Shown: positions 23,732 to 37,685 of the stretch, in pieces
How the letters are laid out: each line of letters starts with the position of its first letter
How positions within the stretch are numbered: position 1 is the first letter of the stretch
Assembly (NCBI RefSeq): GCF_000143415.4
Contig: NW_003314308.1
Location: 886,422 to 950,421 of the forward strand
Length of the DNA: 64,000 nt
Origin: Selaginella moellendorffii
Taxonomy: Eukaryota > Plantae > Lycopodiophyta
Direction: 5' to 3'
Translations under genes and position numbers: made by a program
The notes under the pieces: model-generated
Database searches by the model: none
The model's input: the letters and a program-made list of their open reading frames with translations, nothing else
What the model was told of the DNA's origin: nothing

Positions 23732-23933
23732 TGAAAAATGATTTATAGGAATTCAAATATAAAGGGAAAAGACCTATGAGTAAGAGTGCACCTCTTTTCC
23801 AATAGATCAAAGGTCTTGGGATACTTAGGGTTAAATGTCCTTGGGTTTAAATAATACTAGGCTGGGTGACTTTTCAAGAAGTCCAAATTCAGGAATTTAA
23901 AGATCTTGGATTCGGCTGCTAAGGAAATCACAC
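23732..23933 (+). mobile_element. Cassandra-type TRIM copy B, 5' LTR and start of internal region (re-oriented by the inversion)
   Basis: Aligns with 15415-15579, including the 5S-like core at ~23830-23884. It ends at the Gypsy target-site copy. Confidence 0.75.
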
Positions 23934-24378
23934 TGTAAGCGACTAATTTTTCCATTCTACTTTAGTCACTTAACCACACCTTCGACCACATGGAAGAGTC
24001 TCATTCACAACCTCCTTAAGTCCAATTTAGGACTTGGGACTTGCCAGCCCCGAGAATGGCATCACTCCTCCCTTGCACTTAGTCCAAGTGCTCCACGTGT
24101 CTGGTCCGAAGACCAACACCCAAAGGTACCACTGACATATCGGCCCGTTACGCTAAGGCTATGCCCATTCACCTTTGCCACACTAGTGGTCCAATACCAC
24201 TTGCATCATAATCCCGTCTCTCCAAGACTGGGCCATCCGTCCATGAGTGGTCATCCCAGATCCACTCCTTAGCATCCTTAGGATGCCCACAGACATGGGG
24301 AATAGCCTTCCCCAATATCCCTTTGTCAGTTTTTACTAAGTCCCTTTTCTGTCCATGGCCATGTTCGCCAACACTGCC
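23934..24378 (-). mobile_element. Inverted distal half of the Gypsy 3' LTR
   Basis: Reverse complement of 5' LTR positions 16218-16668, i.e. exactly the part missing after 21264. Confidence 0.92.
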
Positions 24379-27300
24379 TCCTAACAAAAGATGCTGAAAA
24401 ATAGTAACAAAGAAATACTATGAAAAACTCATTGACTTGCATTAGGGAGTGGGTTATCTATTGGCTCATCTTCATCTTGAATAGCCCTTCTGCAAAACTT
24501 GAGCTGATACATCTCTTAAGAAGTTTAGCTTTTGAGAAACAAAAAAGAATTCAAAATTAATGTATACTTCTTTCTTCAGTGCTGAGGACAAGTTTGGAAT
24601 GCCATCCTACATCACAAACCCTTACATTGGCTAACAAATTCAAATTTATAAGTGAAATTATCTTCATTCACAGAACTTTGTATAGTCAAGTATGTGTGTT
24701 ATCATAAGCTTTCTCAACTTTTGTAGTTTCAATGATAATAAGTCATCACATCCTTTCTGGTTGAAGATCCTAGAAAAATGTTATTGAACTCTATAAAGTC
24801 TTGTTGAAATTAATATGGTTTATACCTAGCTTTTACCTAGAAATGCAACACCAACTTCCAATGGCAAAAAGTACTCAAAACATTTCTAGGACAGCAAGAA
24901 GTTGTATTATGAGCTATTGGAGGTATTTTCCAATTATCAGGTAGCATATGATAGGCAACTACAACAGAGAACAAGGTTGAGTGAGCGAGTACAAAAAAAA
25001 ATTCAAAATTAATGTGTACTTCTTTCTTTAGTGCTGAGGACAAGTTTGAAATGCAATAAGGTTATCTCCTATTTTCAACTCACAAATACAAAAGATATTG
25101 TCTACTAAGTTTGTGCCTATATACTAGCTTAATCAGCCTTGTTCTCTGTTGCAGTTGATCATATGCTACCTGTCATAATACAACTTCTTGCTGGGTAAAG
25201 GTTGTAGAAGATCCTAGAAACGCTTTGAGTACTTTTTGCCCCTGAAAGTTGGTGTTGCACTTCTTGGTTGTTTGGGTGTACTTCATTAGCAAGTGGATGC
25301 TATCATCTTCATAGAGTGTTTTTGTCGCACATGGGCCCCCCTTTTGCCACATACCTACTCCTCTTTGGCTCCTCCACTTCGAGATTATTTAGCATCCTTA
25401 CTAGCTGGATTGCATTGTCATCCATGTCACATTGTCAAGTTCCAAAAGTTTCTAGAAAAGCTTTTGCTCTAGATCTTCTAGAGGAAGTCTAGTGACACTT
25501 TGACCACTCTCAATATAGTCCCACAATCCCTTGTCAGACAGCCCTTTCAATCTTGTTAGTCTTGTTAGGGTTATTACTACTAGGTTTTGTCTCTACTCAA
25601 ATTCAAATGAAAATTATATTAAAAACCATATGATTAGACCAAAAAACCTACATTAATTCTGAGCTCAAAAAGGATAAATCCATAGTATTCTATACTCTTG
25701 CTTAGTATTCTATACTCATAACTATCTACACTTGAAGCTTGTTCTTTTTTTTCTCCAAAATCAAGCTCATCTTTTATCCTATCTAAAATTGTGGTCTCTC
25801 CAAAGAAACTTTCAATCTTCATTGTTGTATCATTGGACACTTTTTCTGCTCAATTGCTTTAGGTATAAAGTTGACATCAAGCCACAGTTTGTACCTTGAA
25901 AAATTATACATAAAAATATTTTAGAAAATATATAGTTTTTAACATTGTTTTACCAATTCTGATTGCTTTGCATGTCAAGTACCACCATGGTGGGTGTGAT
26001 CTGCTATAACATAGAACTAGTATGCTATCTTTGCCACTACTTCTAACCTGTCAAAATCGTGTGGATATTGTAGTGGATGTGACAGTTATCTTTAGCAACA
26101 TAAAACAACATTGCATATGAGAATCCTAAACAAGAGAATTCTAAAATTAGATAAAAAAAAAAACCATTTGTAAACACAACTAGTATGTTGGGATGTGTAA
26201 GGACATGAGTTGAATCTTCTCTAAATCCTTCATAGCTTGGAGAAGAGCAAATAATCCTTGCCTAACTTAAAGAGCCAAACATTTTTTGAGGAGTAAGCAT
26301 AATAGTAAATGAAATAAACTTTAGTCAAAGGAAAATCTCTAACTTCCTATATTTTATGCTTTTCTGATATTTTTATGAGCTCAACCCCAAAGCATCACAA
26401 ATTGAACTATCCGTCAGCAGATCTGGTATGAAAAAACGGTAAAAAGTTATATAAAATTTTAAAATTTCAAAAAAAACTTATTCAGAATTTTTTTTAACCT
26501 ATATAAAATAAAATTGCTGTGTGTTGCAAACAACACTTGGTTTGCTTTATCTTATGTATTAATCCAATTAATCAAATGGAAGTTTATAATTTTAAACATG
26601 TTCATAATTTATAAACACAAGATTAATCTTATTGAATATCAACCATTAGATGGTAGAATAAACTACAATATATTAGAAGTGTTTAGAAAAATTTATAAAT
26701 TATAAAAATGTTTATAAATTATAAATATAAAATTAATCTAAATGAATAACAACCGTTATATGGTAGAATATCCTAGAATATCTAAGCATATTCTAGGTAT
26801 AGTCATTACCATCCCCTACAGATTTGCTTAAGCAAACCAAAAATTAAAAAACCATATATAGAAGCTATGAGGAGCTGAAATATCAAAGGTGAGGACAACA
26901 TCAAGAACAAGATCAAGGAGAGGGTGGAGGAGCTTGACGAGGTTGCAATGACTCTGGAACCAGAGGAAGAAAAGAAGAAGAAAGAAAAGGCAATGGTAAG
27001 AAGTGGAAGAAAGCTACCATAGCTAGTGTCCAGGCAGGCTCCCACAAGCAATGCCAAGGTGCAAGGAGTGAACAAGAGTAGCAGCAGTGGCAAGCTCAAG
27101 ATGGGGCATGGAAAGCTAAGCGTGCAGCTCCCGCCTTGTTTGAGGCTCTATTTCGCAGAGAATGTGGCTGAGAGTAGCCTTGCTTTCAAGACCTCCAATC
27201 CATTATCCATGATGGATTGATTGATTATCATGGTGTCAGTCAACGCTATCTCATTACTGTTCTAATGAGCTCATTCTAATGAATTCATTGATGTGCGTAA

Positions 27301-27912
27301 AGAATTAGTGACTATCGTTGACTGCTATGACTACTATAACCTACTACTTACGATAAGAAATGTTATTGAAAGTTTATATTTTTAAAAACAGGAAATTAAA
27401 TGTCCAAAGTGTTTGTTTGAGACTTGCAATATAATCCCCCAATTCAATATCTCTCTGTTGTCTTAAAATGAAGGTGTTGTCTTGTTGCCTTGTTTGATAC
27501 TTTGCAATCATAATCTCCTGGTATCAATGCCTCCAGACTTCTCCATCTGCTATAATTTCGATTGAATACCACGAACCTGCCTTTGCCTGTTGCGGTTAAA
27601 AAAACCGAAGTAATTTGTTTCATGAATCTTCATTCTGTGCCGGCAACCTCAAGCGTATCATCAGTCCAAAACGACCGAAAAGCGTACCTCCTTTCGCTCT
27701 AAGCTCCGTCGAGCTCAAGCTTAACCTCCGAGGTGCTCGAGGCATGGAGACTGTTTACCTTGGCATCTGAGTCGTGTACACGAGCAGCCAAATGCGAACC
27801 TCCAGAATTGGCCGAGTGATTTGCCTCAACCACGGGCTTCTCCAGATTCTCCACCTCACGGATCCTAAAAGTGCTCCATTAGTCACTTGTTCTATCTCTC
27901 AAGCATGAAGAC

Positions 27913-29136
27913 TTACCTGTGGGAGTGCTTGTTGCCGGGCCTCCTCATCCCAAACCCGGTGATCCTTTGCATGTGCTTCTCCATCTCAGCTCGCTTCTCC
28001 GCTGCTGCCGCAAGCCGAACAACGAAAGCATCTCCAGGATCGAACACAGTGCCACGATGAGACACTGGATCCAAAGCCTGTTCCTGGGCTCTTCGATCAT
28101 TGCCGCTCCGACGAGCAGCACTCGACGAGAATGGATCCTCCGGGAGAGAAGCTCTTGGCACATTCTTGTGCTCGTCGACTCCGTGGATCGCTGCTGGTGG
28201 ATCTCGTCCCAATGGCGGCGTCAGGCGGTCGTCAACCGAATCGGTAGCAGCACCATAGATTGGATTCATCTTGAGAAAAGCCGAAGGTGGCAGCCGCCTT
28301 GGAGGCCTCGCGAGTGGAGGACTGGCCACCTTTGTGCTGGGTTTTAGCTGTGACGGTCGAAGGTGCTGCTTGCTCCTCTCTTGAACGAAGGAATTGAGCT
28401 TGTCCCGGAGCTCTGCGTCCTCAATCTTGCTCAAGGGAACGAGATACTCTCGCTGACTGCCGCTGCTGCTGCTGCCACCGCCAGGAAGATGGCTGCTCTT
28501 GACGTAGCACACCAGGATGTCGTTTGCCTTCTTTCTTCATCCCTTCACGAGTATCCAGATGCCGGTGATGATGACCACCATAGCAAGCAGGAAAAGGACG
28601 ATGCCTGCCACAAGCAGCCCCGGTGTCGCAAACGCTGCCGCTGCTGCTGCTGCTGTTGATGATGACGACCCCAGAGGCGGAGCAATAGACAAGGGGCCAG
28701 GCGGAGGCGGCGATGAAAACGTGTGAAAGACAGGCGACCCTGGTTGCCATGTTATTGTGTCATGAGCGGGCCTTGGCCACCAAGTGGTTGTCCCAGAAGA
28801 AGGTGGCGGCCCTGTATGCTCCTTTGCTGGTGGAGGTGGTGGCGGCCCAAACCTCCTTGGTCGCCAAGTGGTTGTCCCGGAAGAAGGTGGCGGCCCTGCT
28901 GGTGCTGGTGGAGGTGCCTGACTGTGGGCGCTGCTGTGAGGTGGCGGAGCTCCTCTCGCCCTCCTTGGCGATGGTTTGGGGGGCGGCATGCTACCTGGAG
29001 GTGGCACTCTCGTTTTGGGCGGTGTCGCGCTCCTGTGCCCTGGACGAGGCGGATGCACGCTCCTGTGCGCAGCTGGAGGCGGCGCCCGACGAGGCGGAGA
29101 CGACGGCGGCACACTTCGACGGATGATGCTAGCCAT
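27913..29136 (-). pseudogene. Pro-rich single-pass membrane protein gene, copy 1 (His-rich repeats absent; premature TGA after the TM helix)
   Basis: ORFs 28537-29136 and 27913-28512 match the two halves of the 492-aa copy. ...WILVKG is followed by TGA instead of R. Confidence 0.85.
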
Positions 29137-31009
29137 ATTTCTTGCTTACCGGATTCGCTTCCGAGAAACCTTTTTTTAGGTCATGAAGGTTTAGTGCATA
29201 TAAATGATTCTCGTACGGACGCATTATCTGCAGCGCTTTAAAGTTATGATGTCCAGTTTTTGCGATCATGATGGAAGAAATATCACTGTTCGGAATCTCT
29301 TTCTTTCATTAGCACATAATGCTCATTTGGTTCTTCCCCCAAAAAACCGGAGCTCGTTGATAAACTCTCAGGCTCAATTCTAGGAGGAAGAGCAAATATG
29401 AGAATGGTCGTCCACCACGATGCAATGCTCCGTGCGTAAGAATTTGATCAAAATCTCCACTCTGGAAGCTCATGTTCTTTGAAAATTCTTTTCATTGCGT
29501 TTTAGGCGTCAAAGATCGTGTATTGTGACCTTATCGACACACACAAAAGAGAGACAGCCCATAGCAATGGTTTTTATAGTTGAATTTGCTTTGATGGTGA
29601 TTCACTCTTCAATGGGCACATGGATCAGGTATGCCTAGGGCTAAAGAAATTGATGTTTAATATTTGATCATAGTAAATAACGACTTAAATTACCACTATA
29701 TTTATAGCTTCATTTTTGGACTTAGTCGTACTACATATTTTTTTGTTTATAACTATTATAATTGACTTAAAACTTAGTCACAAATAACTACTAAACATAA
29801 CAACTATATTTTTTGTTTTATAACCATTATAAATGACTTAAAATTTAGTCATAAATTGCAACTTAGCTTAAGAAATTTTTTAATTCTGACTTTAAAGCTA
29901 GTCAGAAATAATGACTACTAAAAATAAGTGCATATTTTCGTGTCTTAAATTGCAGTTACAATATCAATGGAAAGCTTAATGACAGAAATTTAAGTTGTAT
30001 AGCGAATTAATGCAATAACATAAAACTAAGTCAGGCTCATGTAGTAATGGACGATCTTGTTTGTGTCGGGCACATTCTACAACAATGAGCCAACTGCCTG
30101 ATCGGGGGGATGATGCTGGATTGAAAGGAGTTCCCCCAGTCAGGATCAGGATCACCGAGTAGGAGCTTGATGCTTCATACTGGATTGTTGCCAATGTCCA
30201 GTGCTGGCTGCTGAGCCCAGGTAAGCTTGATGCTATTGGAAACTCATACTTAATTGGGAGTGTCCAGCCCTGGCCCCCGAGCTTGTGACACATAATTGAT
30301 GCTAAAATTCTTCCACACGTACATGATCCTGCCATAGACACCTTGCTTGATGGAAGATGCTGTAGACGTGGAAGAAGGCCTTGGCGAGGGACTTGGAATC
30401 CATGGCCTGCTTAACGTCTGGGGTGACATAGCACAGCCTATCATCAGCTGAGAGGAAGCTAAAGAACCATAGCCGAACACTCACCTGGAACTTGGGGACA
30501 GCCATGAATGAGGATGTGAAGCTCCTTCCTGAGCTGTAGGATGATTTTCAAAGTAAAGGAAACACTTTACTGACAAGCACAAATTCTCACATCTTGATGA
30601 AACAAGAAGAGCTCAATCAATGACCTATGATAACAAGATAGCTGGAACAAGAAGTTAGTATGTATATTCCAAAATACCCAATCCTTGTGATGGCCAAAAG
30701 TGTCATAATAAAAATTTAGAAAACCTCGAATGAGCAGATATATGCAGCTTTTGTTGGATTTGATGGGGACACATTTAGCATGAGAAAAGTGAAGAATATT
30801 TAGACCTAAATCATCGTCAATGCTTCATATTGTGCAAAGCCCCTTCCAATGACAATACTAATGATGAAACAAAATGACAAACCCGTATAACAGTTGGCAG
30901 AAACAAGGAGCAGGGAAAGAAGTAGTCCTTCTTTTGGCACTTGCAATGTTTTCCTAGAAAGAACAACAGAACTCCTTGCAAGGTAATCAGACTGTATTCA
31001 GAAAGTAAT

Positions 31010-32155
31010 AAACTCCAAAACACCACAAACTTGTAAGTGAGTACTCTTTTCTTGATCAATAGTACACAAAATTCTCCTATAGCTTGTTTGTTCATACTCT
31101 AGGAAAGCTGCTTGCATTCACCAGTAGCTAAGCAGAGAAGTACCTACTCATTGCAAGGCCCTAGTCATTGTACACTTTCTTCACCTCCTTGACACACCAT
31201 AATTGCTCTTTAGTCTTGCTTTCTGGCTAGCATCTGCTAATTCAATAGCTCAAAGAATGAGCTAAGAACACTTTGTGTTCTGGATATCTGTTCCAACCGG
31301 GACTATTCAATGAGCTTGACATGAAAGACAAAACAGCAAGGAACCAACCTTGCCAATAATGTCAGGATGTTTATAACAATCTAAGAAATCATCCTGTAGG
31401 GGCCAATTCCATCAACAACCAAGGTAATGAACCACAAGGACCTGAATTTAGAAATAGATTCCCATTTGTACTAGTATTTGTTTCATAGATTCAAACTTGG
31501 AGTTGTCACTCTTGTCTGATATATACAAAGCACAAGCAACATGTATTCTCATATGACTTCAATGAATTGGTTTATAATGTCACTCTTGCTTGCCAGAAGA
31601 TAGAAAGAATAAAACACTGTCTTGAACTTCACAATCCTGAGATAGCTGCATTGACAAACATTATGGATATTTATGGAATTGAATAAATCTTACATTTCCA
31701 TGATGTATTTGGACAAATCAACCTTTCTGGCTGGTTGGCAATGTAATCAGACCAACACACCTCATCAAAAAGTTCACGGAGATCAAAGTAGTACCACTGA
31801 CCATGGAAATACTTCCTCAAAATCCTAGGTACATGGTTTGTAAGCAATAATGCATTATTCACAGCAATGATACCCACCTAATCACAAAGGAAGACTGTAT
31901 CATAGCTCATCAATAAAATTCACGTTTTGTTGTGTGAATCATCCATTATTAAGAAGTAAGTTTGCAACTATACATGGAAAAGCAAAAGGCAAAAACCAAA
32001 ACTATTTAGAAATTCTTTACTAATTGATGCAAGAATTTACCCATTCAATACACCATCCAAGAGCAAACACTTGTTTGATTTCATCTTGGGAGAACTCATC
32101 TTTGGGCTTGAGTAACACCAAATTGTCAATCATTGAGAGACCTTGATTTAATTTT
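31010..32155 (-). pseudogene. FPS: Farnesyl diphosphate synthase pseudogene, copy A (intron-containing, 5'-truncated)
   Basis: Exons encode [87 protein letters not shown]. These are recognisable plant FPS blocks, with stops and deletions. Confidence 0.9.
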
Positions 32156-34425
32156 CTAAACATTTCTATAATTTTGTCCACTTCTAATAGAAAAACACAC
32201 TTCTAAGAGCTTTAAAAACTACATTTTGTACACCCTATTTGTAAAATAAGATTGGCATTATTAATTTATATATATCAAACTATTTATCGTTTCATACTTT
32301 ATTTCCTCATAATTATTATCATTTTTTAGAATAGTAAGGTAGTTTCTCCTTCCTTAGATTCTAGAAAGGATATTGAAAATATAGTAAACATGAATTGCCA
32401 TGTGATTCACTCCAAGCCTACATAAAGAACAATTAAATGGTTATAAATACTATGAAAAGAATACCATTTCATTAGTTTCCTCTGTGTTCATCTAGCAAAA
32501 GATGTTGAGAGTTAATAAGTGAAAAATATTATGAAAAATAAATCACTTACACTAGGGAGTGGGTTATCCATTTGCTCATCTTTGTCTTGAATAGCCCTTG
32601 TGCAACACTTATGCCAATACATCTCCTAAAATATCTAGTTTTTGAGAAATAAAATAAAATTTAGATACCTTTTTTTAGTGCCGAGGACATGAAATGCCAT
32701 CCTAAAAAGAATCAACATTGTAAATAAATAGAACAAATTTAGGGTTGCTTAATCAGCTTGGTAAGACTTCCAATTGTTCCTAATGCATAGGTAGAGTTGG
32801 TAGGAAATCCTGAAAATGTTTTGAGTACTTTTTGCCCCTCAAAGTTTGTGTTGCATTTCTTGGTTATCACTCAACTTAGTGTGCTTTATTGGCAAGCGGA
32901 TTTTACAACTATGAGCAACAAATGTTATTGTCTTTGTAGAGTACTTTTATTGCCTACAAGCCCCCTTTTTGCCACATATTTGCTCCTCCTTTGGCTTTTC
33001 CACTTCTTTGAAATTTTTTAATGTTTGGATTGCATCCTCTATTCTTGTTTTGAAGCTCTAAAACGTCCCACTCTCAATCTTCTTGAGGAAGTCTAATGAC
33101 ACTCTAACCACACAAACACTTGTAATGTAATTGTGCAATCCCCCAACATAGCCCTTTCAATCTCATTAGGGCACTATCATTTGTGGAGAAAACATTTATA
33201 GCCATCCTTATACAGTTATTTAGTTTACAACATGTTAAAATTGTGTGGATATTATAGTGGATGCAATGGTAAATTTTAGCAATATATAAAAATATTTCAT
33301 ACGAGAATTCTAAATAAGAAAATACTAAAATCAGACAAAAAAACACCTGTAAACACAACTAATATGTTAGATATGTAAGGCCATAAGTTGGATTTTCTCC
33401 ATAAACTTTATAGCCTTAGAGAAGAGTAAATGATTCTTACCTAGCTTAAACAACCAAATATTTTTGGTGGAGGAAACATAATAATAAATGAAAGAAAGGA
33501 AAGAAAGTAAAGTGCCTATAACATTTTATATTCTATACTTTTCTGACGTTGCTTATAAACCCAACACCAAAAAATATTGCAAATTGAACTATTTATCTCC
33601 TCTACCTCTACTATGAACTCATGAAGTGAGGACTTAAAAACTACATGGAAAACTAATTTTATAACTATATCATAGTAGCACTAAAAAAGTCTATTTCACT
33701 TCCAATTTTATAAGTATGCTTTGAAAGAATCAATGTTATACATGGCTGAAAAACCATATGCATGGGAGATTGCTACAAAAAAGTGGTAAAAAGTAAATAA
33801 TTTTTTAAAATTTTTCATTTATAAAAATCAACTATATTTTGCCAAAAATTATTCTGAGAATAAATGTGAAAATTAGAAAATAATCAAATCTTTCTGTATA
33901 ATCAATTTAATCTCAGTTACTTTTCTTTTTAACTTTTATATACCACTATTGGAACCATACCATCTTGGGTTTGCTTAAGCAAGTAGGGGGACTGAAATGG
34001 TAGTGAATAAACCTAAAATATGCTTAAATATTCTACAATATTCTACCATCTAACAGTTGTTATTTATTTAGATTAATCTTATAATTTATAAACATGTTTA
34101 TAATTTATAAACTTTCTTAAACACTTTTTAGTATATTATTTTTTATTCAACCATCTTATGCAATAAGATTAATATTGTGTTTTATAAATATGTCTATAAT
34201 TTTAAATTTTTATTTAATCAATTGGATTAATAAGTAAGAATAATATTACTATTAAGCAAAGTAAATGTTGCTACATGCAACGCATAGCAAATTTTTGTGA
34301 CAGCTACCTGAAACTGATATAAAAACAAAAAAAAACAATGTATGGAAAGAAAATTAGTGTTGTGGTTAAGCTTGAGCATCTTTAGTAAGGAGATATAGTA
34401 CTCACTTCCATGAAAAAGATAGCCT

Positions 34426-35073
34426 CTTTGACAGCCTCAAGGGAGATGGCACAGGCTCCTCTGGAGGCAGCAGCCATTGCCAAAGGGTACTACTGTTGAC
34501 TTCCCAGCCAAGATGAGAGCCAACTGCAAAGATTTCCTGCTCGAGAGCATCCTGAGATGCAAATCTGACTATCCTCTGGTGAGGCTCAAGGGGGACTTCC
34601 AGCAGCACTACACTGGATCACGTGTGGTATGGCTTCAAGAAGCTGGAAACTTTCCTGGACTTTGCTGGAGCTGCTCATAGGCATCTGGACGGGGTCGGGT
34701 GGCCAGAAGCTTCTCCACTTGAAGGAGTTGGAAGATAACAAGATCAAGGGCAAGGACAACATCAAGAACATGTGCTTCTGTTCTTGACGAGGAGGAGGAG
34801 AACCAGAGGAAGAAAAGAAGAAGAAAGAAAAGTGTGAAGAAGTGGAAGAAAGCTACCACGGCTAGTGTCCAGGAAACATGGAAAGCCCAGCCTCCCACAA
34901 GCAATGCCAAGGAGCAAGGAGTGAACAAGAGTAGCAGCAGTGGCAAGCTCAAGATGGGGCGTGGAAAGCTAAGCGTGCAGCTCCCGCCTTGTTTGAGGCT
35001 CTGTTTCACGAAGAATGTGGCTGAGAGTAGCCTCGCTTTCAAGACCTCCAATCCATTATCCATGATGGATTGA
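34426..35073 (+). pseudogene. Unidentified gene fragment (…KGTTVDFPAKM..CKSDYPLVRLKGDF…EEEKKKKEK…KTSNPLSMMD), multi-copy
   Basis: Near-identical or partial copies at ~26870-27235(+), ~36210-36490(-), ~43060-43860(-), ~51510-52210(-) and ~57000-57590(+). Frameshifted, no family recognised. Confidence 0.5.
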
Positions 35074-35111
35074 TTGATTATCATGGTGTGACTTGAGCTG
35101 CGAATGTTCAG

Positions 35112-35500
35112 CTAAAATGTTCTTGGTAGTTTATTAATTATTGGTTTAATATTCGTTGGGACATTTATTATTCCTCCTTTTATGCATTGTTGATATTGAG
35201 GTTGATTTGGTATTGTTATATTTGCAAATAAAATACGTAGAGCTGGCATTTTCTCTTCAATATCATTTAGTTGTTCTGTATATCGATCAATTAGATTCAT
35301 TCTAATTTTTCTGGACTTTTATATTTTTCTTTATTTGTCATGCATTGATTGCATGCATATTCTTGTTTTTTATTATATTTAAACAAAAATATATTACATA
35401 TTTTATGTGGATGTATTGGTATATCCTGTATAGCTTCATTATACATTTGTAGTGCTTTCATACTTTTTGTATTGTTCATGTTATTCATTTTCTTGTTGTT
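35112..35500 (-). mobile_element. Helitron/Helentron Rep-associated (DUF6570-like) protein remnant
   Basis: LNDIEEKMPALRILFANITI..QYQQCIKGGIINVPTNIKPIINKLPR, preceded by a Cys-containing segment (KICN...YACNQC). This is the pattern found upstream of Rep domains. Confidence 0.65.
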
Positions 35501-36699
35501 CTTTCTCTTTTATTGTTTTTTTTCTTTGCTTCTAATATAATATACTCTTCTTTTAAGTTTTCATCTGATATAGTACTATCTGTTCTTTGTCAAAAAATAT
35601 TTATTTTTTCATTTGCTTGTTTTTGTGAGTTCCAAGTTTCCATAAGTATTTTGTAAAATATTTTGTAAAGTATGTTCTTCATATTTTTCTTTGGATATAT
35701 TAATAGTTTTTATTTGCTTATTTTTATTCTTTCTTGATAAATAATAGTATCTAGAAACAATTTTTTGGTGAGTTAAATCAATATTATGGTTGAATTTTAG
35801 TTCTTTTGATTTTTTATTTGTAGATCCTTGAATTGATAACAATTTTGCATCTAGAAATTTTGTCTATTCAAATTTTCTCTTTGTCATAATTTTGCCCTTT
35901 ATACTTAAATGCCTTTATTGCCCTTGATGTGCCTACACCCATAGGATAGCTAGGTGCATAGTTTTTTTTATGATTGTTTAGCTGATCAAGATTGTTTAAA
36001 GAGATTCAACAATCGAACCAAATGGACTATTTTTAGCCTACTTTCAGCAAGTATTAATTCTCTATCTTTCAATCAACAGCTTTGTGAAGGCTGATAATTG
36101 ATAATCTAGACCAATAGAAACAATCAAAGACCTTTTACTTACTTCTCAATGTTATTCCATTGAAAGCCATTTATGCCCTAAAGCTATATTAAGTCTTTAT
36201 TTAAATAGTCTCATTTCCAGTTTCTTGAAGCCATACCACGTGTGATCCAGTGTAGCGCCCCTGGACGTCCCCCTTGAGCCTCACCAGAGGATAGTCAGAT
36301 TTGCATCTCGGGATGCTCTCGAGCAGAAAAGCTTTGCAGTTGGCTTTCATCTTGGCTGGGAAGTCGACAGTAGTACCCTTTGGCAATGGCTGCTGCCTCA
36401 AGAGGAGCCTGTGCCATCTCCCTCGAGGCTGTCAAGGAGGCTAACTTTGTCGTAAGTGAGTACTATATCTCCTTAGTAAAGATGCTCAAGTGTAATTGGT
36501 TTCTTTTTCCATATATGGTTTTTTTTGGTTTGCTTAAGCAAACCTATAGGGACTAGGATGAATATACTTAAAATATACTTGGATATTTTAGGATATTCTA
36601 TCATCCAATGGTGGTTATTCATTTAGATTAATTTCGTATTTATAATTTATAAACATGTTTATAATTTATAAACTTTTCTAACCACTTTGTATCATCATG

Positions 36700-36810
36700 A
36701 GCATATGTGGTTTTTGGAGCATGAGCCAAAGAAACTATGCAAAGTACAGTGTATTGGTTGGGCTCTATGTCCAGAATGGCAATTGCAAGGGAGCTCTCAA
36801 AGTTCCACTG
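36700..36810 (+). pseudogene. Possible PPR-motif fragment
   Basis: One frame reads FWSMSQRNYAKYSVLVGLYVQNGNCKGAL, similar to PLS-class PPR F..M..Rnvvsw...i..Y.qnG....AL. Confidence 0.35.
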
Positions 36811-37685
36811 CCAAGGCCCTCAATCAAGGCTCCGCCATGAAGCAAAGAATCTGGAGGCAAGACTGGATGGACGAAGCGGCCAATGATCCACATGAAGGGA
36901 AGAATGAAAAAGAGGAGTGCTCATAGAGGCCTCCCAGCCTCAATTGTGACAAGCATGAAGTATTGAAACCAGCTCAGGAATTTGAGTAGTGCCCCCTCGA
37001 GATCATTCATGATGCTATTGTCGTTCCCGGCCACTGCATTGTCCACTGGCTCCAATGGATTGCTCTTGTCTCTGGGAAGCATCAAGAAAAATCATATTTG
37101 GACTAGTGAATTGATTGAAAATTGGCTCTCCCTGGAGGTTTGAGCTGAGAGCCACAATCCAGGATCAGAAACCCACTATGGCAGTACTGATTGATTGCCC
37201 AGAATCAATCAATCAACCTGGAATGCATATATGGATGGAGCTTAGATCTTCCTCTGTATGGCTCCCTATTATGTGAGTGGGCAGTGGGTAGAAAACAAAG
37301 ATCAGTGGAGGACAATCTTTCTATTCCTATTCATTCCTCTTTTCTAAAGCGACGGATGGAGGGAGATTGTAGCAGCTGAGGAGTAGAGTCAGGCTGCTTC
37401 TAGCTTCAGCTTGGACGATGATGAGAAGTATCTGGCAAGGATGTTTATAAATGAGGAGAGTCAATGCACGAAAAGGTTGAAAAGGTTCAGAAGGTTTGTC
37501 ACCTATGGAATTGGTTTATTGTCTACCGTAACCCTAAGTTTGGCAAGTTGACAGATTTTAATTTTTAGCTCAAATTTTTATTCTTTTTTGTTTTCGATTC
37601 TTCAAAGTGAAGTTTAGTTTATTTTTGGATCTTTTTACTAGTATAAATTAACTAGAGGTAATTCTGTTTAATCAATGACATAGAT

